From Yuukianura sp. NJ FZ-2021 (lineage: Eukaryota), in contig CM102290.1 in NCBI GenBank assembly GCA_046563655.1, positions 8,804,001 to 8,868,000 on the forward strand: a stretch of DNA of 64,000 nt, read 5' to 3'. Position numbers and translations under genes: made by a program. The notes below the pieces were generated by a model that worked only from the letters and a program-made list of their open reading frames with translations, did not search any database and was not told where the DNA came from. This document shows, in pieces, positions 1-12,400 of the stretch (position 1 is its first letter; every line of letters begins with the position of its first letter).

Positions 1-3000
1 AGAAAGTTCACTTCTTCAAAAAACAGTTTCTTTTTTTCGAACCGGCGAAACTGTTCGGTCGAACAATCGTGAAACGCTTACAAGCAGAAAAAATACCAAA
101 AAACAATTTTTAGCGTTTTTTTTATTGTCCCTACCTACTTGAGTTGCCATTTGACAAATTTGGAATTTTGATTTACTGTAAAAATTATGTTACCAAAAAA
201 AAATTGATTAATGCAACCTACAAACATTTCTACAATTACGTCTTCCTATTTTCAAAAAATTTGACAAGGCCAAGACTCTCCAAAAATGATAATTTCTTCA
301 ACAAATCGCAGTGTATATTTTTGGTTCCTGCATCGAGTGAGCAAATTCCAGATTTAATGTTTCACTTTACACTAAACTTAAATTCTTCAGCAGAAGATCA
401 ATTACTGACGATTACTAAGTTGGCGTTTAATTAGGAACGAGACAGATTTATTTTTTCTTAGTGACCTCTGACCTCGCTCCCTCGTCTCCACCCACAAAGA
501 AAGTTCTAAGAAAAGGCCGCCCGCCTCCGGATCATTTCTAGCGAGAAATTCTTAGAAAATTAACTTCTGTTGAACAGAGGGCCTTAAATGGTGCTAAGTT
601 ATTCAATAGCACGTAGCAACACTTGCGACCTCCTCTTCACAAAATCCGCCTGGCCTTAAACCAAATCATTTTCAAATTACTTAACTGTCTTCCACTTCAG
701 TTAATGTTTTCATCTTCTTCTGTTTGACATTGCTACTGAAACACCTTTGTCTTCCTTCACCTCCATTCATTTCTCCAACAACAGAACTTTTAAACATCTT
801 TATGGTCCATCATAAACTTGTTTTTTCTCTTTAACATTAAATCTGATTGTTTTGATTTCTAATCAAAAACTGAAAAAAATACCCGTAAAACACGAACCGG
901 TTCGAATGTGCTTTTAGTCAACTCTTGCTTCACATCAACCAGCGTTTACGTTTTTTTTTTGACGAGGTTACAACTCTTCTAATTTCGTCTAAATAATTTA
1001 GTCTTCAAAAATTTTAAGCGATTAAAGGTGTTTTAAATCACAACGCACATTTTATTAATTTGTGTTGTCTTTCGGCATAGTACGTTTGAATAATTATCAT
1101 TTATAATCACACAAGCAGCAGTGAAAACATTTCCAGTTTATTAAAGTTTACAAGCTGAGAAAATACGTGGCTGAAACGTTGTTTATTTGAAAAAATGAAC
1201 AAAATCCGATCATTTTGTTTTAAATTCCATTTTTTTTAGAATCGAAGTTTGAACTACGGGGAACAAGTGAGACTATTGGAAGGAAGCCTTTGTTTTGGTT
1301 GTTCCACTTAACCTTATTCCCTTATCGATTACAATGGGATGTTTTTGTCGCCAAATCCATTTTGTCCTTTTAGCCAAACGGCGTCACAACTTTTCTTTCT
1401 TAATGCAACCTTCTTTGCCCATTAGACAAAATTTAAATATTCAAAAAATTTGAAAACGAAAAAGAAAATTTTCACCCAAAATACTTTTCCGTTTCCAATA
1501 CCAAATGAAGAAGAAACTTCATCGAAAAGCTCCTACAAATTTATTAAAAAATAATTTTTTTTCAAAAGGAGTTAAAATGTTTCGTGTTTTCATTTTGTGA
1601 ATTATTTCCAGAGGCTTTGGGAAAGAATTATGGGCAAAGCCTCTGACATTGCTAAATTGACTTTTCCTATTACTAAAAGGGTCCATTTTCAAATGAGCCG
1701 ACAAATTCGGCAGAGATTTGGAGGGACTTCGTTAAAGCCCTTAAGTGACCCTGTTCCTGGTCACTTCTTGTAAAACTTGTTTGAAACAATGAGAGTGCGG
1801 TTAAACTGGGCAATTGCCCTTCCGAGAAAACTAAACACTTTTTGAAAACTAACATTTCAGACTTTCTTCGCCTACTCTTGCGTCCCTTAGCGTTAGTGGC
1901 AAAGGGAGGGTCAAGGGTCCACAGATACCCCCTATCATCCATCCTCTGCTAGACGCGACGACAAAGGACAATTGTTTTCCAACCAATAAAATGAAATATG
2001 AGTTGAGGCAATTAGGCAGGAGGACAAACTAGCCGGAGTCCAAACTTTTGTTTCCAAAGGCCTCTTCTAAGGGCTAGTCCGCAGTGGCGCCCAGACGCAA
2101 ATGGATTCAAAGTTAAGCTTAAGCTAAAAGACGAAGTGGACCAGAAATCTAATTCCCACTTGTATGTGAAACGCCGGCAATTTGTAAACGGAAACTAACA
2201 AAACTTAAAGAAAAAGTATATTTATAAAAAGTTTAAATACGAATATGATTTGTTTCCTCAAAGTCCAGCTTCGGGTAGGTCCATGCAGAACAGAATCGGA
2301 ATTCTTAAGGGATGTATGTACTTCCCCTGGCGCTGGAGCACTTAGGACCCTGGAACTGCCATTATTTTAGGAGTACTTGACATCTCCTTAAAGTGTTGAC
2401 AGTTTTAGTGTCCATTACGATGATGTGGTCCAGTCTTTAAAGAGATAAGGGGTCTTCCCTTCAAGTGACCCTAAAATCTCACTTGAGTAACTCCAGAAGC
2501 CTTTTGTTTTCCCCCTAATACCCCTTTCTCGGTTGCAATTAGGAAGCTTAAACTGTTGTGCCAAAACAGTTGGTAGGCGGCAACAATTAAAGAGTCTTCA
2601 AATTAAACTTTCAAGGTACAATGGCGTCACTCAACATTTTGCCTCTAGTACAAAAAAAAAATTTCAAAACTACCTAATAAAGTTGTTGTATTTTGTGTAT
2701 TTTTTAAAAAACGAAATTATTTCAAAATGAAAACAATAATGAATTTTGTAACTACAAGAAAATTTTGTAGATGCAAAGTTGACCCCAATGGACAACATGC
2801 TGGAGGCATGGAGTGACGCTGCTGCAGCAGAATTAAGACAAGCCCAACTAGTAGTGATTTATAAAAACGTGGGAGACTTGAAGGGACGCAGGGTCAGTTA
2901 GAAGACCGTGACGCATTAATATGACTGGGGTCACCCAATGACCCGTAGAACAGAGATTTGACTTTGGTGTAGGGAAGTGTGCAGTGGTTGGTTTAAGGGC

Positions 3001-6000
3001 CCTGGGAACTCAGTTGCAGGGGAGATGATAAATGTCATTGACACTAATGGTTTAATATTTTTATGATGAAGGCCCCCTCTCCCCCACATGTGTCAAGTCC
3101 TCCCTCCCCTCCCTATGTTCCGGTATGGAAATGAGAATTTAGTCATCATAAATGTCGCAGTCAAAGTGACTTTGATTCTGTAGAGGGGTGATCAGCGATT
3201 AGACGTGCGCTGTGATGGGATTGTGTCTTTCCGGAAAGCCCAAAAAACCGATTCGGAGTTATGCTAGGGTGGTGCAGATCCAATCCCTGGTTTAACCGAA
3301 GTTCGGTTGTTGTGAAGTTCTGGAAGGGAAGGGTTTCGCTTAAGCGTCTCCACCCTTAATCTTCCCTCTAGATCTGTTAGCCTAATAATGAAAGGAAGAG
3401 CTGAGCGCGTAATTCCAAATGTGTGATTTCCAGAAGTGATAAACAAGTGAGTAAGTAGTGGCATTGTTTTCCAAAAAAGGATTTCTCCAGCCCTTTCACA
3501 ACTTTCCAAGTGGGAATGAATCCTCCCTTGTAATCAATTCCCAGCATCATCACCCATGCGCACTTATCTTATTTACCATCTCACTCTGATGTCTTCATGT
3601 GCTCAGGACTCGGAAACACACGGGATTTTGGCACAAAAATTTCCAAATTCAAAATATGGCAATCCCTCGCTAGCATACAATTTATTTCTCAGAATCAATT
3701 TATTAAAAATTGGCCCAAAGTTCCGTTTCGATGAAAACAATTTTTGCAATTTTTTTTCGTTTCTATTGAAAAGATTAATTATAACGCTTCATAATTGGTT
3801 TTGTAGGTGCGTTGACATTACTTTTTCGGTATAAAAACGTTAAATCTGATACTTTTTTCTTGGAATTCGAAGGAAGAAATCAGCGTAAAGCGTGACAAGT
3901 GAAAGGCTCGAACGCTGGAACCATTGCCGTTGAAGGAACGAAGACTTACAGGGTAGGATCCCTTGCTTATGTTCCCTTTGTGTGTCGAGTGGCAGTGTTT
4001 GGTTGATGATGCCTATAAATCCATCCAAGGGAGACAAGATTTACGACCGCCAAGCGATTCAAATGGAAAGAGATGCTTAGGAGGGAGATGATTTCAGGGA
4101 ATGAGACAGGCGCAGGGCTGGTGACAATGTCTTCCTAAACAAATAAACTTCCACCATGATTATTACTCGATTACACAAAATCAACGTATGGCCCACGCTA
4201 TGCTCTTGCGGCTGTTTTCGGATTAAGGGATTCACATATAAATATCAGGCTTTAGACAACAACAACGGTTGGGGTAAGAGAAAATGAAATGAAAAAGTAA
4301 ACGCCAACTCTGAAATTGAAAAACCAACTGTAATTCATCAACGACTAACGCGCTCGTGTCAAAATTTTTACTGATTTTTTAATAGAAAATTGATTGAAAA
4401 TTTACTATTCCTTTGTACAATATTTTATACACGAGCACAACCAAGTAGAGCTTGGACTTTTTTTTTCAGCACCAACTTTTTTTAGGAAATGCCGAAGAAA
4501 AATTGCTTTTTCAATTTTTCTGAAAAGAAAATTGGAGTTGAATTGAGGTGTGATTTATTTCTCTACTTTCTGCACCTCTTTAGCTAGCTTTCCCATTGTG
4601 TTTAGACACTCCTTTAAATTTCAAGGCGCCGAAGAACCCCTTTACGGAAGATCATTAATAATGCCATCGACACACGTTCGAGTTGAAAACCTTGTAAACA
4701 CGTTTCTCATCAAAACGGAGGCCTAGAACTAACAACAAGTTACAGAAAAACCATACAAGAGTGTTAAAATTTAGCAAAAAATGGAAATTTTACAATTTCT
4801 ATATCTTAAACTCAGAGTTTCATGGCGCAATTGAACTCAAAGGCTGAGACGAAAGTTGAAAACAGACTTTTCAAAATTTTGAAAACTTGGAAAGACTACA
4901 TTTATGAAGTGACTTTCGTTTCGCTTGACCTGCGTCCCTTGCTGTGAGGTCCATGTTTGAAAGATTTTGGAAGAATGTCAATATCCAGCCAAAATCCGCC
5001 CATTTTGACAAATCCTTTCAATCTCAGTAATGAGATTAAGGGACATGGAGAGGAGGCCTTGTCACCTTATGCCGAGTACAAACGTTTTAAAAGGGCCCGC
5101 CACCACCACCAAGGGCCCCCCTATTCCCCCGCCCGCAAGTAAAAGTATAATTTTGATAGACTCTCTTGACAAGCATGTCTCTCCTCCTCCGATCCCATTG
5201 TTCCTCGGAGGGACAAGGCAGAAGAAGACAATCCCTTGGCTGTCAGTACCCTCTTCAACCATGTCACTTTTCAAATTCTACCGCCCACAAGAAACGGAAA
5301 AGTCAGTTACAATGTTGTGGTTTGAGCTTAATCTTCTAGGTTCATCCACCTCTTCATACCTTGAGGGAATTATACTCCTAATTGTTCTCTACTCAAATAT
5401 TCACTCAAAATCCTGTAATCCGGTTACAAACTGACACCAAAGTCTCACCGCACAAAATAACCAACTTTTCAAAATTTCAAAAACCCAATTTCAGAGTTCA
5501 AATTTTCAAAAAAAAAAAAAAATGACTTGAGATATGCGGACCTTGGCCACAGGAATGATTCTACCTGAAATTAGGTTTCGAAATGTAATCTTTGTCTCGT
5601 TTTCATTAGATTTCACCGCTGCATTAAATTTTTTAACGAGATCACTGTTTTCTTCAATTTGGAAAAAAGTATCACTCAAAAGTGTACGACTAACAAAAAA
5701 TTGTGGATATAAAACTGATCCTACAAGAAAACGTCGAATTAGTGGCATGGCAGTAATACTTTAATGGTTTTCAAACCAGGTTTTTTCGTGTGTTCAAAAA
5801 AATTGTGATTTTGAAGCAAAGAATAAATGACGAGTCGAGAATTCCTGGAAAATGGTTTGTCTCACATGACTTGAGCCAAAGCCTATTTGCTTTTTCGGAG
5901 AGAAGTATTAGCACGTACCAACTGATTATACTCCCTGATTCGCTTTTTTCAAAATACAGATTGGAAATAGCATTTTGTTCGGAAATGTGTGAAGAACAAA

Positions 6001-6474
6001 ATGAGGATTTTTTAAGTTTTGGCGTAGATCCAGACTGGATGTGGGCACTTATGCTGGAAGTGCTCTGCTGAAAAGCAAGTTTGTTGCCAAAGTACTTTCT
6101 AAGATCCAAGGGGTGCAGAACTGTATAATTCTTGAGACGATCTTGAGCCAAGCATCTGTCAAGTCATTACTGCAACACGATCATTGTCACAACCAGAAAA
6201 AATGGACCAAAAGGTGGGATCAAAATTATACATGCCTTTCCACGAAGATTGTGAAAAGGCTACACGCGCCTTTGCAAGACTCCTGGTCCAGAAAAACACT
6301 TTTGAAAGAAAGTGAGAGAAAAGCTGAAAGCGTAGCAGTGGACAATGAAATTATGAACTGACTTTGCAATTTCCAAGGGACTGAATAAGGCAAGGGACTC
6401 CAAGTCCTCCCTGTCACATTCATCAGTGTGACCTGAGTCCTTGGTTTCTTAAGGTAAACAATTAAAGTTGAACT

Positions 6475-6492
6475 GGGAGTCAATTGACTCCC
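6475..6492. repeat. perfect 18-bp palindrome GGGAGTCAATTGACTCCC
   Basis: Sequence equals its own reverse complement; partial copies follow at 6497-6505 and 6517-6528. Confidence 0.9.
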
Positions 6493-9400
6493 TTCTAGTC
6501 AATTGCTCAATGGAATTCAATTGACTCCGAAGTTCCATTCTTCAACTTTTAGAAGTTTTACCTGAAGTTTGACTAAACAGAGACTACAATACAACGGCAA
6601 TTGAAGAACCATTTGTACAACTTGTGGGGTAGCGTAGCACATCGCACCCAGTCACTCCATTTTCTCAAACGTTCCTCCATGGAAAAAAAAGTTTGTGGAG
6701 AATGAGTTTTTCTAAGGACAGATTCAACGGTTCATTAAATTTTGTAGAAAAGATCCCTTCTTTTTTCGTAATTTGAATTTTTGTATTCTAAAATTTCGGA
6801 TAGGTACTGAAAATTGAGAAAATGTGATTAAATATCGCGTTAATTGAAAATAAGAAAATAATTGAAAAAGACAGTAGCTGTAAAAATTTTTTGGTTCTTC
6901 AAATAAAAAAAAACAGCAAGAATTGAAATTTTTAAAAATTAAAAATTTGAAAGTTAGGTGCCCTTTTCCGATTTTTTTTGGAATGCTTGAAGTTTGTTTT
7001 TGAGCGTTTTTACCTAAAAGTTGTTCAAACTTTAAACCGTTCAAAGGAAAACTCAGTTCATAAGTCGCTTTCTTCCTTCTGAGAAAATTTAATTGAGCGA
7101 GAGAACCGTGCCATTTTGGGTTATTGTGCACTTCAGGTAACCTTCAGTCAATTTTCTGTATTGACTCACCTTTTGACCCATTGTGCAGAGTCAATTGTCG
7201 TTGCAGTTCCCTCTGTTCCAAGTGCAATGGTATGGGAGGAACTAAACACTAAGCTCCAAAGACATTTTCAAAGGACCACTTTTTAAAAAGAAAATCACAA
7301 AATTTCAATTGGAAAACTATAGTCAAGCGCAGCATGATGGCCACCTTTGGAGGACCCTTGAGCATCATCCCAAGGGACTCTTGAGTTCATCAACAAATGA
7401 TCACTCTCTAGGAATTCGCTCCGGAGTCATTCACAAGACCGAAGCATCTGTCACCAAGGGTACTGGCAACCTTTGACCTGTGAATCTTTAAAGCTAACTT
7501 TGAAAAAAGTTTGGAAACACTGCTGGTTAGGTGAACAATAATTACAGACGGAGTTTAACAAAGTTTGCTCTCTGTTTAAGATCAAAATTTGTTAACCTGG
7601 ACTTAACTTTCTCCAATTTGGAGTTTGTTTATTCAAATCCTGGAAGCGTGAATCTGATTTTTTTGTTACTTTGAATGCGTCCGAGTTCAGAAAAATACAA
7701 ATTTGTTGCCGTCAAATTGTAAACCGATTTTGAAAGAAACTCAAACTTTGGTTACGCCATGATTGAAGAGGTAACCTCAAAAGCGTTTTGTCCAGAAAAA
7801 CCCGTAGCATTCTCCTCCTAAGTTTTGTTTACTCAAAAACCTGGCAAATCAATCTTGCGACATTGTGCGAGCTGGGGCGCATGTGCACAAATGGACAATG
7901 GTGGTTTTTTGACAATGAAGGACGAGTCTTCCTTGGAACTGACTTTGATTCTTCGCTAGCATTTGACACTGAATGGCAAAAGGAGGACTTGTACAATTGA
8001 AATCTAGGGCTCGAGCCTTGTTCCTGAATAAGAATAATACACTCAAGAGGTCCTCGACAAGACTTTCATTATTGCCACGAAGGACCACCGGGGTACTTAC
8101 ATTGATTGACGACCTAGCCAAGATTCATAGGCACCCAAGGGTCCCTGCTTCCAGGAACCTCTGGACACCTTTCCCTGAGCCTAATGAATTCTAATATATG
8201 GGAAATTAATGAATGGAGTTGGTCGGGCCGAAAAAACTTTCATTGTGAAACACGTTTGTGGTTCTGATGCTCCAGATTTGTGATGTTAAATAATCTTGAA
8301 GTACCTTCTGTTTTATAGTGTTTCCCATATCCTAATCCACTCAATCAGATCCCTTAAATGTGTGGAACAACAGTCTTTTCCCATTGTTGAACCACTTCCA
8401 TAACAATCAGAGAGTGAGGAAGGGCTCTCTCAAGGGCCTCAACCAGAAGGGCTTCTTTTCCAGTGTAGTTTCACATACATAAGTTGAAATCGGGTCCCTT
8501 TGAATTCCCTTTGTGGCTCTTGAGAAAACAACTTGAGCTCATCAAGGAATTAAACAAACAATGGTGTCAATGAGGATAGGCAACTTCAAGGGAATTACTA
8601 TCAAGGGCCCACTGAAAGACTGGGTTCAATGAATACAGTTTAACGGATTCACATCATTTATCATTGTAAAAAAATCAGTTAAAAAATCACTCTGATTTTT
8701 TTAGTACTGTAAACTGATTTTATTAGTAAAAAAAACTAAAACGGGATGATATATTGAACAAAATCGATGCGAATAATCTACAAGTATACTCCGTGAATTG
8801 TTCAGCAAAATGTGAAATTTTTTGCAGGCGTCAGTCATTGCTGAAAAACTGCAACAGTAAAATGTGGAATAAAATACAAAAATTTTGTAGAAAATCAAGA
8901 GAAGTTGTAAGTGAACAAGAAGATGTTGTTAAAGCTAAACTGAAAATGTTCTGAACGTGCGTTGAAAGGTGTTTCTTCCGCTTGAAACAGTTGGTTGAAA
9001 TGGTTCGTGGTAAAACAGGATGTTTGAATTAGTGGATTTTGAAGAGACCACATACGAATAAATTGATGGAGGGAGGGGACTGGGCTAATTTTGAATTGAA
9101 TTAAATGAGTCCCAGGAGAGAGGCCTCTGTGCCTTCAAGTGTCCTTGGACAATGGGCCACAGTAATTCAGGGATCCTCCCCATGGTTGGTCCTCTTCCAA
9201 AGGGCCACTTAAGGCTCCAAGTGGTCTCTCAAGGGCCTTCTTCCTAATATCTCCTAATGCAACTATTACCATGTTTTATTCTTAGTTACGCCATTCCCTT
9301 CCCATCAACCTCAGTTCCATTATGGCCAAAGCCAAGGCCTGTCAGACCCAATTATCACCATATTCACCCGGATTCCTCATCGATTTCACGCTATCCACCC

Positions 9401-12400
9401 ATGCACTTTATCATCTTCCAAGGGCTTCGTTGGGGGAAATGCAGGGGCCCTTGGACAGCCAGCCCTTAATCACTTCCTTAAGCGTTGGAAATTTGTCCAG
9501 TTAGTTTACCTTTGGCATAAGCAGGATGCTTTTGCCCGTAGAGGCCAAGTCAGTCTTCCCTGACATTTTAAAAAATTGATGAAGTTTGGCTCGTATCCAA
9601 AATGGATAACTGACAATTGGGTCCAATCAGTAGGAAACATGGAGATTGTGTACTAAATTTTAGGACACAAATTGCTACTGCATTTTAAATGACCTTTGGC
9701 TTTTTGAGTAATTTTGGTTTTTGAAAACCCTCCTTACTCCCAATCGTTTCCAATTTTTTGTTGTCCAAATTATACCTCATTATGCTCAAGTTATTTTTTT
9801 GGGAAAATACTCAAAAAAGTCTGAGGCACAACATAAATTGGCCATTTAAGTTTATTGGAACCAGTAATAATAGTTTACCATTTGTTAAATTTCATAAACA
9901 AACACGGAAGCCATTTTAGCTACAAGCAGTAAAGCCAAAATGAAAAACCAATTTCCCGAATTCAAAAAAAAACTGGGCTTTTCCTAGCGTATTTAACTCT
10001 CCGTATTTGCAGCAGCCGAAATTGGAGTCCAATTAATCTGAATTATACAGAGACGAACAAGCTACTGGAAAACATAAATTAGGCCCAATTGAATTTAAAG
10101 ATACATAAATTGTCTTAGTTTTTCAAAATGAGCTGAATGTCTGAAATTAGTAAACGAGTTACTGGGAAATTCACTTGTCAAAGCGCTTCCAGCGATGCAT
10201 GAAATAAGATCCAGGAAGGATCCTACGTATGTTTAATAAATGACACATGTAAGCTTGGTTGAAGGAACGTTTCAACAAGAGTCCTTCACCCGACAAGCAT
10301 ATCCTGGACTTAGTAAGAACTACGGCCTTTTTGAAAGATTAGCGTTAAGCAACTTCTAACTAACCATATAAGTCTTCAAAGGTCAAAGGACTAATTGGAC
10401 TCAGCACTCATCTTCATCCTGTCAAATCAACACAAATCACAACGTCCATAAAGTACCTAATCTGCTTTTCAACTTTGATCCACTCCAAGTTTCAACTCAT
10501 TAGTTTTCAAAAACTTTATAAAAAAAATTAGGTTTAAAAATTTCAAAAACTTGAAAAAAAAAACAAGTTTCTTTTTGTGTAGTCTTCTTGATGGGAGGGC
10601 CATATGCGAGGATTTACGGTAACCCATAAATGCCTTCGAGTAAAAAAGTGAAAAGTGAAAAGCTTATGCCTCGAGTGCGGATGGATTGAGATTGTAATTG
10701 GCCAAAAGTCCACGGAAGAAATTAGAAGGCACCTAATTGTGAGGTGCGTGAGAATTTGTGAATTTTCCTGGAAGGATCCCTTATACCCCTAGAAAGTATG
10801 TATTGAGATATTAAGTTCATATGACATGACTTGAGGTATGTAGACACTCTTTGGACTTACGAGTTCCGACTTAAGGTCTCTCTCCACTTGCACGGAACAC
10901 AAAAATTACTTTGTTCTGGAAGAGAGCAGCTTGTCAAAATTTGAACAGCCTTCTCCGCTCCCAGTTCCTTGCATGCGATCCGATCCAATCTCCTCTGCTA
11001 CACACGGACTTACTCTTTTTTTCAAAAAAGTTTCTTAGAACAACTTGCAGTTTGCCATAGCATTTGGTAGGCACACAATCCAGGAAAGACCTTAACCCTC
11101 AGCCTCTGTAATCAACTTAATAAAATTGTTAACGTTAAAGTCAATTTTGGAAAAGGTGCGAGCAACACCACAAAATGCGTTTGACGTTATGGCGGTCCGT
11201 AACATGAACATTCCGAGAAGGTTAGGTTTTTTTTTTAAATTTTGACGGTTAGGTTGGACAAGCTTTCAGAACCAACCTGACTAATGACAGGTTATATAAA
11301 AATGGAGTTAGTCAATTTCAGAGGCGTGTAATTGCTTAATTAGGATTTTAAAACAAAACAGAATATGTTTTTAAAGAATTTATGTTCTACTTGATGTTGA
11401 TGCCTTTTGAAATGTAAATAGTGGAACACAGTTTTTAAATTGGTTTCCCAAGTTAACAAATTAGTGGCAATTACAGTTCTAGTTCAACCATGTCATGTCG
11501 CTTCAATGAATGTGCAAAACGGCGTTAAACCAGTTTTGAAGAAAAAAGCAGCAAAGAAAAAAGTTTAAAAAAAAGTTTTCAGAATTTTCAGAATAAAAGG
11601 ATAAAGCAGTTGCAGACTTAACACTTTTTTGAAAATATCATGTTAAGGATCGCCTTTCGTGCTGGAGAAAATTAGTGATTAAAATTAAAAGTGGAGTTTT
11701 GGAGGGAGAGTAATTGCAGAAAGTTTTTGAATATTTGCCCCATAATTTGTAAGTTACGTTTTCTCATGTGCTCTCATTTCAAAACGTGTCAGAACAATTA
11801 AGGTCTTTTTCCGATTATTAAACGGAACTCGGAGTTCTACTAAGGAGTGGAGGTAGAAATGACTTCATTTGCCTTCCCAAGACTTCCGTGGTCAAATGGA
11901 ACTATTCCTTTGCGTGCTTTCTCCTCAGACGTTCGTCTACTAAAAGTCACAATTAATTTTCAAAAACTGGAGCGCGGGACCTGGAGGGTTCTAAACGTAT
12001 CACTGCGGGGGTACGAAGGAGAGGTAGACTGTAGACTCAGAGCGCGGAATTTGAAACGATCATGTTTAGAAAACAAGTCATGGAGTCCTGAAGGTTCCTG
12101 TTGTTTCTCCTCGTCACAATTGAAAGGTACTAATTACATTTCACGCAATGGCTAATTCCACTCCCCTTCATTTCATTATTCCAAGATTTCTAGAAGGAGC
12201 CTTTACATTTCAAAAAAAACAGTTCTTAGGTTCCGCAGGTTTAGAAAAGGAGCACGGGAAAACTAAAGCCTCAAATTGAGATATTCACCTAACGATAGCT
12301 CTTGGTAATTTTTTTTAAATGTTCAAATTAATTTTTACAATTACAGTTCAAATTACAGTTATACATAGTAACGAGAAAAAAATGAAACTTTGAGTTTGCG

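Noticed and set aside
3990..4013. TGGCAGTGTTTGGTTG resembling the 5' end of miR-34
   Set aside because: Only the first 9 nt match and I found no complementary arm for a precursor hairpin.
4868..4885. 18-bp palindrome TTTTCAAAATTTTGAAAA
   Set aside because: Made of A/T tracts and TTTCAAA motifs that are ubiquitous in the spacers; weak evidence of function.
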